64,000 bases of DNA from the human T2T-CHM13v2.0 reference genome, Homo sapiens: the NCBI RefSeq assembly GCF_009914755.1, contig NC_060929.1. One strand, written 5' to 3'. Below the pieces are notes generated by a model that was not told where the DNA came from, searched no databases, and worked only from the letters and a program-made list of their open reading frames with translations. Both the position numbers and the translations under genes were made by a program. Shown here in pieces: positions 1-21,100 of this stretch. Numbering within the stretch: position 1 is the stretch's first letter; the number at the start of each line of letters is the position of its first letter.

Positions 1-4436
<4,436 letters not shown>

Positions 4437-7400
4437 CTATACGGAAGCATTCTCAGAAACTTCTCTATGATGTTTGCTTTCAACTCACAGAGTTGAATAT
4501 AACTTTACATAGAGCAGTCTTGAAACACTCATTTGTAGAATCTGCAACTGGACATTTGGAACGCCTTGAGGCTTTCATTGGAAATGGGAATATCTTCACA
4601 TAAAAACTAGGCAGAAGCATTCTGAGAAACTCCTTTGTGATGTGTGCGTTCAACTCACAGAGTAGAACATTTCTTTGGATAGAGCAGTTTCAAAACACTC
4701 TTTTTGTAGACTCTGCAAGTGGACATTTCGAGCTCTTTGAGGCCTTCGGTTGAAAAGCAAGTATCTTCAAGTAAAAACTAGACAGAAGCATTCTCAGAAA
4801 ATTCTTTGTGATCTGTGCATTCAACTCACAGAGTTGAATCTTCCTTTTAAAGTGTAGTTTTGAAACAAGCTTTTTGTAGAATCTGCAGGTGAATATTTGC
4901 AGTGCTTTGAAGTCTTCATTGGAAACGGGAATATCTTCACATAAAAACTAGACGGAAGCATTCTCAGAAACTTCTTTGTGATGTGTGCATACAAATCACA
5001 GAGTTGCAATTTTCTGTAGGTAGAGCATTTTTGCAACACTCTTTATGTAGAATCTGCAAGTGGATATTTGGAGCGCTTTGAGGCCTATGGTAGAAAAGGA
5101 AGTATCTTCATATAAAAACTAGACAGAAGCATTCTCAGAAACTACTTTGTGATGTGTGCATTCAACTCACAGAGTTTAACATTTCTTTTGATAGAGCATT
5201 TTTGAAACACTCTTTTTGTAGAATCTGCAAGTGGACATTTGGAGCACTTTGTGGGCTGTGGTGGAAAAGGAAATATCTTCACTTAAAAACTACACAGAAG
5301 CATTCTCAGAAACTTCTTTGTGATGTTTGCATTTAACTCACGGAGTTGAACCTTTCTTTTGATAGAGCAGTTTTGAAACACTTTTTTTGCAAAATTCGCA
5401 AGTGGATGTTTGGACCGCTTTGAGGCCTTTGTTGGAAATGGGAATATCTTCACATAAAACTAGACAGAAGCATTCTCAGAAACTTCTTTTTGATGTGTGC
5501 ATTCAACTCACAAACTTGAACCTTTTTTTGATAGAGCAGTTTTGAAACACTCTTTCTGTAGAATATGCAAGTGGATATTTGGAGGGCCTTGAAGCCTTCT
5601 TTGGAAACAGGATTATCGTCACATAAAACAAGATAGAAGCATTCTCAGAAACTTCTTTTTTATGTGTGCATTCAACTCACAGTCTTGAACCATCCTTTTG
5701 ATAGAGCAGTTTTGAAACACTCTTTTTGTAGAATCTGCAAGTGGATATTTGGAGCACTTTGAAGCCTTCTTTGGAAACGGGAATATCTCCACATAAAAAC
5801 TATAGAGAAGCATTCTCAGAAACTTCGTTGTGATGTGCGCATTCAAATCACAGAGTTGAGCATACCTTTTCATAGAGTAATTTGGAACACTCTTTATGTA
5901 GAATCTGCAAGTGGATATTAGGAGTGCTTTGAAGCCATCTTTGGAAATGTGAATATTTTCACAGAAAAACTAGACAGAAGCATTCACAGAAACTTATTTG
6001 TGATGTGTCCATTCAAATCACAGAGTGGAACCTTCCGTTTGAAAGAGTAGCTTTGAAACACTCTTTTTGTAGAATTTGAAGGTGGATATTTGGAGTGCTT
6101 TGAAGACTTTGGGGGAAACGGAAATATCTTCACATAAAAACTAGACAGAAGCATTCTCAGAAACTTCTTTGTGATGTGTGAATTCAACACACAGAGTTGA
6201 ACCTTCCTTTTGATAGAGCAGTTCTGAAACACTCTTATTGTAGAATCTGCAAAAGGATACTTGGAGCGCTTTGAGGCCTATGGTACAAAAGGAAATAACT
6301 TCATATAAAAACTAGACAGAAGCATTCCCAGAAACTAATTTGGGATGTGTGCATTCAACTTACAGAGTTGAACCTTTCTTTTGATAGAGCAGTTTTGAAA
6401 CCCTCTTTTTGTAGTGTCTGCAAAAGGACACTTGGAGTGCTTTGAAGGCTTTGGTGGAAAAGAAAATATCTTCACATAAAAACCAGACAGAAGCATTCTC
6501 AGAAACTTCTTTGTGATGTTTGCATTCAACTCACGGAGTTGAACCTTTCTTTTGATAGAGCAGTTTTGAAACACTCTTTTTGTAGAATCTGCAAGTGTAT
6601 ATTTGGACTGCTTTGAGGCCTTCATTGGAAACGGGAATATCTTCACATAAAACTAGAGACAAGCATTCTCAGAAACTACTTTTTCATGTGTGCATTCAAC
6701 TCACCGACTTGAAACTTCCTTTTGATAGAGCAGTTTTGAAACCCTCTTTTTGTAGAATCTGCAAGTGGATAATTGGAGCGCTTTGAAGCCTTTTTTGAGA
6801 ACGGGAATATTTTCACATAAAAACTAGACAGAAACATTCTCAGAAACTTCCTTGTGATGTTTACATTCAATTCACAGAGTTGAACCTTCCTGTTGATAGA
6901 GCAGTTTTGAATCTGCAAGTGGATATTTGGAGCACTCTGAATTTTTGTAGAATGTGCAAGCGGATATTTGAGCGCTTTGGTGCCTGTGGTAGAAAAGTAT
7001 ATATCCTCATACAAAAAGTAGACAGAATCATTCTCAGAAAGTACTTTGTGATGTGTGCCTTCAACTCACAGATTTTAACCTTTCTTTTCATAGAAAAATT
7101 TGAAACATTATTTTTTTGGAATCTGCAAATGGACATTTGGAGCACTTTGCGGGCTACGGTCGAAATGGAAATTTCTTCACATAAAAAGTAAACAGAAGCA
7201 TTCTCAGAAACTTCTTTGTGATGCTTGCATTCAACTCACAGAGTTGAACTTGCCATTTCATTGAGCAATTTGAAACACCCTTTTGTAGAAACTGCAAGTG
7301 GATATTTGGAGTGCTTTGAAGCCTTCATTGGAAACGGGAAAATCTTCACATAAAAACTAGACAGAAGCATTCTCAGAAACTTCTTTTAGATGTGTGCATT

Positions 7401-8097
7401 CAACTCACAGAGTTGTACCTTTCCTTTGATAGATCAGTTTTCAACCACTCTTTTTGTACAATCTGCAAGTGGACATCTGGCACACTTAGAGGCCAGTGGT
7501 GGAAAATTAAATATCTTCACATAAAAACTAGACAGAAGCATTCTCAGAAACTTCTTTGTGATGTGTGCATTCATCTCACTGAGTTGAACCTTCCTTTTGA
7601 TAGAGCAGTTTTGAAAAACCCTTCGTAGAATCTGCAAGTGGATATTTTCAGCACTTTGAGGCATATGGTAGAAAAGGAAGTATCTTCATTTAAAAACAAG
7701 ACAGAAGCATTCTCAGAAACTGCTTTGTGATGTGTGCATTCAACTCACAGAGTTGAACCTTTCTTTTGATAGAGCTGTTCTGTAACACTCTTTTTGCAGA
7801 ATCTGCAAGTGGACATTTGGAGGGCTTTGGGGCCTATGGTGAAAAAGGAAATATCTTCACATAAAAAATAGACAGAAGCACTCCCACAAACTTCTTTGTG
7901 ATGTTTGCATTCAACTCATAGACTTGAACACTCCTTTTCACAGAGCAGTTTGAAACACATTTTTTGTAGATTCTGCAAGAGGATAATTTGACGGCTTTGA
8001 GGCCTTCATTGGAAACGGGAATATCTTCACATAAAAACTAGACAGAAGCATTCTCAGAAAGTTCTTTGTGATGTGTGCATTCAACTCAGACAGTTGA

Positions 8098-8437
<340 letters not shown>

Positions 8438-8609
8438 GATAGAGCAGTTTTGAAACAATCTTTTTATAGTATCTACAAGTGTATATTTTGTTTCCTTTGT
8501 GGCCTGTGTTGGGAAACGAAATATCTTCAGTTAAAAAGTAGACAGAATCATTCTCTGAAACTTCTTTGATATGTTTGCATTCAACTCACAGGGTTGAATA
8601 TTCCTTTTC

Positions 8610-8705
8610 TTTTTTTTTTTCTTTTTTTCTTTTAGTATTATACTTTAAGGTTTAGGGTACATGTGCACATTGTGCCAGTTAGTTACTTATGTATACATGT
8701 GCCAT
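8610..8705 (-). mobile_element. Extremely 5'-truncated L1 3'-end stub (~70 bp plus tail)
   Basis: T-rich tail then TATTATACTTTAAGGTTTAGGGTACATGTGCACATTGTG...GTATACATGTGCCAT; CCTTTTC repeated at 8603-8609 and 8706-8712. Confidence 0.9.
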
Positions 8706-11700
8706 CCTTTTCATAGAGGAGTTTTGAAACACTCTTCTTTTTGTAGAATCTGCAAGTGGATATTTTGAGCGCTTTGAGGTCTCTGGTGGAAAAGGGAATA
8801 TCTTCCCATAAAAACTAGACAGAAGCATTCTCATAAACTTCTTTGTGATGTCTGCATTCAAATCACAGAGTTGTACATTTCTTTTGATAGAGCAGTTTTG
8901 AAATACTCTTTTTGTAGAATCTGCATGTGGACATTTGGAGTGCTTAGAGGCCTTTGGTGGAAAAGGAAATATCTTCATACAGAAACTTGACAGAAGCATT
9001 GTCAGAAACTGCTTTGTGATGTACCCACAACTAAGCAAATTGAACATTTCTTTTGATACAACAGTTTTGAAACACTCTTTTTGTAAAATCTGCATGTGGA
9101 TATTTTGAGCTCTTTGAGGCCTATGGTGGAAATGGGAATATCTTCACATAAAAAATAGACAGAAGTATTCTCAGTAGCTTCTTTGTGATGTGTGCATTCA
9201 ACGCAGAGAGATGAACTTTCCTTTTGATAGAGGAGTTTTGAAACACTCTTTTTTGTAGAATCTGCAAGTGGAAATTTGGAGCACTTTGAGGCCAATGGTA
9301 GAAAAGGAAATATCTTCATATAAAAACTAGACAGAAGCATTTTCAGAAATTGCTTTGTGATGTTTGCATTCAATTCACAGAGTTTAACCTTTCTTTTGAT
9401 AGAGCAGTTTTGAAACAGTCTTTTTGTAAGATCTGCGAGTGGACATTAGGAGCGCTTTGAGATGTACGGTGAAAAAGGAAATATCTTCATATAAAAATAG
9501 GCAGAAGCATTATCAGAAACTGATTTCTGATGTGTGCATCAAAATTCTCAGAAACTGATTTTTGATGTGTGGAATGCGTTGAAACCTATGGTAGAAAAGG
9601 AAATATCTTCATATAAAAACTACACAGAAGCATTCTCAGAAACTTCTTTGTGATGTTTGCATTCAACTCACAGAGTTGAACATTCCTTTTCATAGAGCAG
9701 TTTTGAAACATTCTATTTCTAGAATCTGCAAGTGGATATTCGGAGTGCTTTGAGGCATTCAGTGGAAGCGGGGATATCTTCACATAAAAACTAGACAGAA
9801 GAATTCTCAGAAACTTCTTTGTCATGTGAGAATTCAACTCACAGAGTTGCACCGTTCCTTTGATAGAGCAGTTTTGAAGCACTCTTTTTGTAGAATCTGC
9901 TAGTGGACATTGGAGGGCTTTGAAGCCTGTGGTGAAAAAGGAAATATCTTCACATAAAAACTAGACAGAAGCATTCTCAGAAACTTCTTTGTGATATTTG
10001 CATTCAAATTAGAGAGTTGTACATTGCTTTTGATAGAGCAGTTTTGAAATACTCTTTTTGTAGAATCTGCATGTGTACATTTGGAGCACTTAGAGGCCTG
10101 TGGTGGAAAAGGGAATATCTTCATACAGAAACTAGACAGAAGCATTCTCAGAAACTGCTTTGTGATATGTGCATTCAACTAACAGAGTTGAACTTTTCTT
10201 TTCATAGAGCAGTTTTGAAACATTCATTTTGTTGTATCAGCAGGTGGATATTTTGAGCTCTTTGATGCCTTCGGTGGAGACGGGAATATCTTCACTTAAA
10301 AAAATAGACAGAAGCATTCTCAGAAACTTCTTTGTGTCATGTGCATTCAACTCACAGTCATGAACCTTCCTTTTGATAGAACAGTTTTCAAACACTCTTT
10401 TTCTAGAATCTGCAGGTGAATAATTGGAGCGATTTGAGGTCTATGGTTTAAAAGGAAATACCTTCATATAAAAACTAGACAGAAGCATTCTCAGGAAACA
10501 CTTTGCGATGTGTGTATTCAACTCACAGAGTTGAACCTTTCTTTTAATAGAGCAGATTTGAAACACTCTTTTTGTAGAATTTGCATGTGAACATTTGGAG
10601 CACTTTGAGGGCTATGGTGGAAAGGGTAATATCTTCACAGTAAAACTAGAAAGAGGCATTTTCAGAAGCTGCTTTGTGATGGGTGCATTCAACTCACAGA
10701 GTTGAACCTTTCTTTTGATAGAGCAGTTTTGAAACACACTTTTTGTAGAATCTGCAAGTGGATATTTGGCGCGTTGGAGTGCTATGTTGGAAAAGGAAAT
10801 ATCTTCACATAAAAACTAGACAGAAGCATTCCAGGAAACTTCTTTGTGATGTGTGCAAAAAATTCACAGAGTTGAACCTTTCTTTTTATAGAGCAGTTTT
10901 GAAACACTCTTTTTGTAGAATCTGCAAGTGGGTATTTTGTTTTATTGAGGCCTATGGGGAAAACAAAATATCTTCTCATAAAAACTAGACAGAAGGATTC
11001 TCTGAAACTTCTTTGTGATGTGTGCATTCAACTCACAGAGCTGAACATTTCTTTTGATAGAGCAGTTTTGAGACACTGTTTTTGTAGCGTCTGCAAGTGG
11101 ATATTTTGTTTTCTTTGATGCCTTTGGGGAAAACGAAATACCTTCTCATAAAATCTAGACAGAAGCATTCTCAGAAATTTCATTGTGATGTGTGCATTCA
11201 ACTCACAGAGTTGAACCTTTCTTTTGACTGAGCAGTTTTGAAACACTCCTTTTGTAGTATCTGCAAATGGATATTTGGGGCACTTTATGTCCTATTGTGG
11301 AAAAGGAAATATCTTCACATAAAAACTCGACACAAGCATTCTGCGAAACTTCTTTGTGATGTGTGAATTCAACTCACAGAGTTGAACCTTTTTTTTTGAT
11401 AGAGCAGTGTTGAAACACTCTTTTTGAAGAATTTGCAAGTGGGTATTTTGAGCATTTGGAGGGCTGTGGTGGAAAGCAAAATATCTTCTCACAAAAACTA
11501 GACAAAAGCATTCTCAGAAACTTCTTTGTGATGTGTGCATTCAACTCAAAGAGCTGAAAGATTCTTTTGATAGAGCAATTTTGAAACACTCTCTTTGTAG
11601 AATCTGGAAGTGGGTTTTTGGAGTGCTTGGAGGCCTATGGTGGAAAAGGTAATATATTCACATAAAAAATAGACAGAAGCATTCTCAGAAACTTATTTGG

Positions 11701-12480
11701 ATGTGTGCATTCAACTCACAGAGTTGAACCTTTCTTTTGATAAAGCAGTTTGAAATAGTCTTTTTATAGAATTTGCAAAGGGACAGTTTGTTCCCTTTGT
11801 GGCCTATGTTGGAAAACGAAATATCCTCACATAAAAACTACACACAAGCATTCTCAGAAACTTCTTTCTGATGTGAGCATTCAACCCCAGAGGTGAAACT
11901 TTGTTTTGATAGAGAAGTTTTGAAACACTCTTTCTGTAGAATCTGCAAGTGGCTATTTTGTTTCCTTTGAGGCCTATGTTGGAAAACGTAATATCTACAC
12001 ATAAAAACTAGAAAGGAGCATTCACTGAAACTTCTTTTTGATGTGTGCATTCAACTCACAGAGTTTAACCTTTCTTTGAAAGAGCAGTTTTGAAACACAC
12101 TTTTTGTAGAATCTGCTAGTGGATATTTTGTTTCCATTGAGGCTTATGTTCAAAAACGAAATATCTTAACATAAAAACCAGACAGAAGCATTCTCAGAGA
12201 CTTCTTTATGATGTGTACATCCAGTTCAGAGGTGAACCTTTCCTTTGATTGAGCAGTTTGAAAACAATTTTTTTTATTATACTTTAAGTTTTAGGATACA
12301 TGTGCACATTGTGCAGGTTAGTTACATATGTATACATGTGCCATTCTTGTGCACTGCACCCACTAACTCGTCATCTAGCATTAAGTATATCTCCCAGTGC
12401 TATCCCTCCCCTCTACCCCCACCCCACAACAGTCCCCAGAGTGTGATGTTCCCTTTCCCGTGTCCATGTGATCTCATTGT

Positions 12481-16255
<3,775 letters not shown>

Positions 16256-16258
<3 letters not shown>

Positions 16259-17139
16259 AGGAACAGTTCCCATCTACAGCTACCAGTGTGAGCGACGCAG
16301 AAGATGGGTGATTTCTACATTTCCAGCTAAGTATGGGGTTCATCTCACTACGGAGTGCCAGACAGTGGGTGCATGTAAGTGGGTGCACACACTGTGTGTG
16401 AGCTGAAGCAGGACAAGACATTGCATCACCCAGGAAGTGCAAAGGTCAGGGATTTCCCTTTCCTACTCAAAGAAAGGGGTGACGGACAGCACCTGGGAAA
16501 TCGGGTCACTCCCACCTTAATACTGAGCTTTTCTGATGGGCTTAAAAAACGGTGCACCAGGAGATTATAGCCTGCACCTGGCTCAGAGGGTCCTATGCCC
16601 ACGGAGTCTCACTGATTGCTAGCACAGCAGTCTGAGATCAAACTGCAAGGTGGCAGTGAGGCTGGGGGAGGGGCACCCACCATTGCCCAGGCGTGCCTAG
16701 GTAAACAAAGCAGCCAGGAAGCTCGAACTGGATATAGCCCACCACAGCTCAAGGAGGCCTGCCTGCTTCTGTAGGCTCCACCTCTGGGTGCAGGGCACAG
16801 ACAAACAAAAAGACAGCAGTAACCTCTGCAGAATTAAATGTCCCTGTCTGACAGCTTTGAAGAGAGCATTTGTTCACCCAGTATGCAGCTGGAGATCTGA
16901 GAACGGGCAGACTGCCTCCTCAAGTGGGTACCTGACCCCTGACCCCCAAGCAGCCTAACTGGGAGGCACCCGCCAGCAGGGGCAGACTGACACCTCACAC
17001 AGCCGGGTACTCCAACAGACGTGCAGACAGAGAGTCCTGTCTGTTAGAAGGAAAACTAACAAACAGAAAGGACATCCACACCAAAAACCCATCTGCACAT
17101 CACCATCATCAAAGAGCAAAAGTAGATAAAACCACAAAG
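16256..17139 (+). promoter_or_regulatory. L1 5'UTR (internal sense promoter and antisense promoter region), missing the first ~21 nt including the YY1 site; CpG-decayed
   Basis: Matches L1PA 5'UTR from AATAGGAACAG to ACCACAAAGATG; no CAAGATGGCCG upstream; many CpG>TpG/CpA changes. Activity unknown. Confidence 0.8.
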
Positions 17140-18153
17140 ATGGCGAAAAAAATGAGCAGAAAAACTGGAAACTCTAAAAAGCCGAGTGCCTCTCCTCCTC
17201 GAAAGGAACACAGTTCCTCACCAGAAAAGGAACAAACCTGGACTGAGAATGACTTTGACGAGCTGAGAGAAGAAGAAAGCTTCAGACAATCAAATTACTC
17301 CGAGCTATGGGAGGAGATTCAAACCAAAGGCAAAGAGTTGAAAACTTTGAAAAAAGTTTAGAAGAATGTATAAGTAGAATAACCAATACAGAGAAGTGCT
17401 TAAAGGAGCTGATGGAGCTGAAAACCAATGCTTGAGAACTACGTGAAGAATGCAGAAGCCTCAGGAGCTGATGAAATCAACTGGAAGAAAGGGTATCAGC
17501 GATGGAAGATGAAGTGAATGAAATGAAGTGAGAAGGGAAGTTTAGAGAAAAAAAAAAGAAATGAGCAAAGCTTCCAAGAAATATGGGACTATGTGAAAAG
17601 ACCAAATCTACGTCTGATTGGTGTACCTGAAAGTGATGGGGAGAATGGAACCAAGTTGGAAAACACTCTGCAGGATATTATCCAGGAGAACTTCCCCAAT
17701 CTAGCAAGGCAGGCCAACATTCAGATTCAGGAAATACAGAGAATGACACAAAGATACTCCTCAAGAAGAGCAGCTCCAAGACACATAATTGTCAGGTTCG
17801 CCAAATTTGAAATGAAGGAAAAAATGTTCAGGGCAGCCAGAGAGAAAGGTCGGGTTACCCTCAAAAGGAAGCCCATCAGACTAACAGCAGATCTCTCCGC
17901 AGAAACCCTACAAGCCAGAAGAGAGTGGGGGCCAATATTCAACAATCTTAAAGAAAAGAATTTTCAACCCACAATTTCATATCTGGCCAAACTAAGCTTC
18001 ATAAGTGAAGGAGAAATAAAATACTTTACAGAGAAGCAAATGCTGAGAGATTTTGTCACCACCAGGCCTGCCCTAAAAGAGCTCCTGAAGGAAGCGCTAA
18101 AGATGGAAAAGAACAACTGATACCAGCCACTGTAAAATCATGCCAAAATTTAA
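17140..18153 (+). pseudogene. Disrupted L1 ORF1p
   Basis: MAKKMSRKTGNSKK... at 17140; 17593-18120 has KRPNLRLIGVPE and ARREWGPIF; canonical stop 18151-18153 followed by a 63-nt spacer; internal stops and frameshifts. Confidence 0.95.
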
Positions 18154-21100
18154 AGACCATCGAGACTAGGAAGAAACTGCATCAACTAACAAGCCAAATA
18201 ACCCATTAACATCATAATGACAGGATCAAATTCATACATAACAATATTAACTTTAAATGTAAATAAATGGAATCTTTCTTTTGATCGAATAGTTTTGAAA
18301 CATTCCTTTTGTAGAATCTGGAAGTGGACACTTGGAGCGCTTGGAGGGCTATGGTGGAAAAGGAAATATCTTCACATAAAAACTAGACAGAATCATTCTC
18401 CCACACTTCTTTGTGATGTATGCATTCAACTCACAGAGTTGAACCTTTCTTCTGATGATAGAGAAGTTTTGAAACACACTTTTTGTAGAATCTGCAAGTG
18501 GATATTTGGTTCCCTTTGAGGCCTACGGTGAAAAAGGAAATATTTTCACATAAAAACTAGACAGAAGCATTCTCAGAAACTTCTTTGTGATGTGTGCATT
18601 CAACTCACAGAGTTGAACCTTTCTATTGATAGAGCAGTTTTGAAACACTCTTTTTGTAGAATCTGCAAATGGATATTTGGAGCACTTGGAGGGCTATGGT
18701 TGAAAAGGAAATATCGTCACAAAAAAAAATGACAGAAGCATTCTCAGAAACTTCTTTGTGATGTGTGCATTCAACTCAAAGAGTTTAAGCTCTCTTTTCA
18801 TAGAGAAGTTTTGAAACATTCTTTTTGCAGAATCTACAAGTGGATATTTCGTTCCCTTTGAGGACTATGGTGAAAAGGGAAATATCTTAACATAAAAACT
18901 ACACAGAAGCATTCTCGGAAACTTCTTTGGATGTGTGCCTTCAACTAACAGAGTAGAACCTTTCTTTGATAGGGCAGTTTTGAAACACTGTTTTTGCAGA
19001 TTTTACAAGGGGATATTTTGTTTCCTTTGTTGCCTATGTTGGAAAACGAACTATCTTCACATAAAAACTAGACACAAGCATTCTCAGAAACTTCTTTGTG
19101 ATGTGTGCATTCAACTCACAGAGTTGAACATTTCCTTTGATAGAGAAGTTTTGAAACACTCTTTTTGTAGAATCTGCATGTGGATACTAGGAGCGCTTTG
19201 ACGCCTATGGTGTAAAAGGAAATATCTTCACATAAAAAGTGGACAGAAGCATTCTCAGAAACTTCTTTGCGATGTGTGCATTCAACTCACAGAGTTGAAA
19301 CTTTGTTTTGAAGCAGAAGTTTTGAAATACTCTTTTTTAAGAATCTGCAAGTTGATATTTGGAGCGCTTGGAAACCTATGGTGGAAAACGAAATATCTTC
19401 ACATAAAAACTAGACAGAAGCATTCTCGGAAACTTCTGTGGATGTGTGCATTCAACTCACAGAGTTGAAACTTTCTGTTGATAGAGCAGTTTTGAAACTC
19501 TCTTTTTGTAGAATTTGCAAGGGGATATTTGTTTCCCTTTGTGGCAAATGTTGGAAAACAAAATATCTTCACATAAAAATTAGACACAAGTATTCTGAGA
19601 AACTTCTTTGTGATGAGCGCATTCAACTAACAGAGTTGAACGTTTCTTTTGATAGAGCAGTTTTGAAACACTCCTTTTGTAGAATCTGCTTGTGGATCTT
19701 TGGAGCTCTTTGAGGCCTTCGTTGGAAACGGGTTTATCTTCACATAAAAACTAGACTGAAGTATTCTCAGAAACTGCTTTGTGATGTGTGTATTCAACTC
19801 ACAGATTTGAACCTTTCTTTTGATAGAGCACTTTTGAAACAGTCTTTTTGTAGAATCTGCAAGTGTTCATTTGGAACACGTTGAGGCCTATGGTGGAAAA
19901 GGAAATATCTTCACATAAAAACGAGACAGAAGCATTCTCAGAAACTTCTTTGTCATGTTTGCTTTCATCTCATAGATTTGAACCTTCTTTTTCATAGAAC
20001 AGTTTTGAAACAGTCACCTTTCTTTTGATACAGCAGTATTGATACACTCTTCTTGTAGCATTCGAAAGGGGTTATTTGTTTCCCTTTGTGGCAAATGTTG
20101 GAAAACAAAATATCTTCACGTAAAAATTAGACACAAGCATTCTGAGAAACTTTTTTGTGATGTGTGCATTTAACTCACAGAGTTGAACCCTCCTTTTCAT
20201 AGAGCAGTTTTGAAACAGTCACCTTTTTTTCATACAGCAGTTTTGAAACACTCTTTTTGTAGAATTTGAAAGGGGATATTTGTTTCCCTTTGTGGCAGAT
20301 GTTGGAAAACAAAATATCTTCACTTAAAAATTAGACACAAGCATTCTGAGAAACTTCTTTGTGATGTGTGCATTTAACTCACAGAGTTGAACATTTCTTT
20401 TGATAGAGCAGTTTTGAAACACTTTTTTTGTAGTACCTGCAAGGGGATATTTTGCTTCCTTTGAGGCCTATGTTGGAAAACAAGATATCTTCATATAAAA
20501 ACTAGACAGAAACGTTCTCAGAAACTACTTTGTGATGTGTGCATTCAATTCACAGTGTTGAACCATTCTTTTGATAGAACACTTTTGGAACACACTTTTT
20601 CTACAATCCGCAAGTGGATATTTGGAGTGCATTGATGCTTATGTCGGAAAATGAAATATCTACCCATAAAAACTAGACAGAAGCATTCTTAGAAAATACT
20701 TTGTGATGTGTGCATTCATCTGACAGAGTTGAAACTTTCCTTTGATAAAACAGTTTTGAAAGACTATTTTGTAGAATCTTCAAGTGAATATTTGGAGAAC
20801 ATTGAGGCCAGCGGTGGAAAAGGAAATATCTTCACATAAAAACAAGACAGAAGGATTCTCAGAAACTTCTTTGTGATATGTCCATTCAACTTACAGGGTT
20901 GAACCTTCCTTTTGATAGAGCAGGTTTGAAACACTCTTTTTGTAGACTCTGCAAGTGGATATTTGGAGTTCTTTGTGGCCTTCTTTGGAAAGGTTTATAT
21001 CTTCTCATAACTCGACAGAAGCATTCTCAGCAACTTCTTTGTGATGTTTGGATTCAACTCACAGAGTTGAACATTCCTATTGATAGAACAGTTTTGAAAT

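Noticed and set aside
16609-16683. L1 antisense ORF0
   Set aside because: The start ATG is present (minus strand, 16683) but a TGA, probably from CGA decay, occurs at codon 25.
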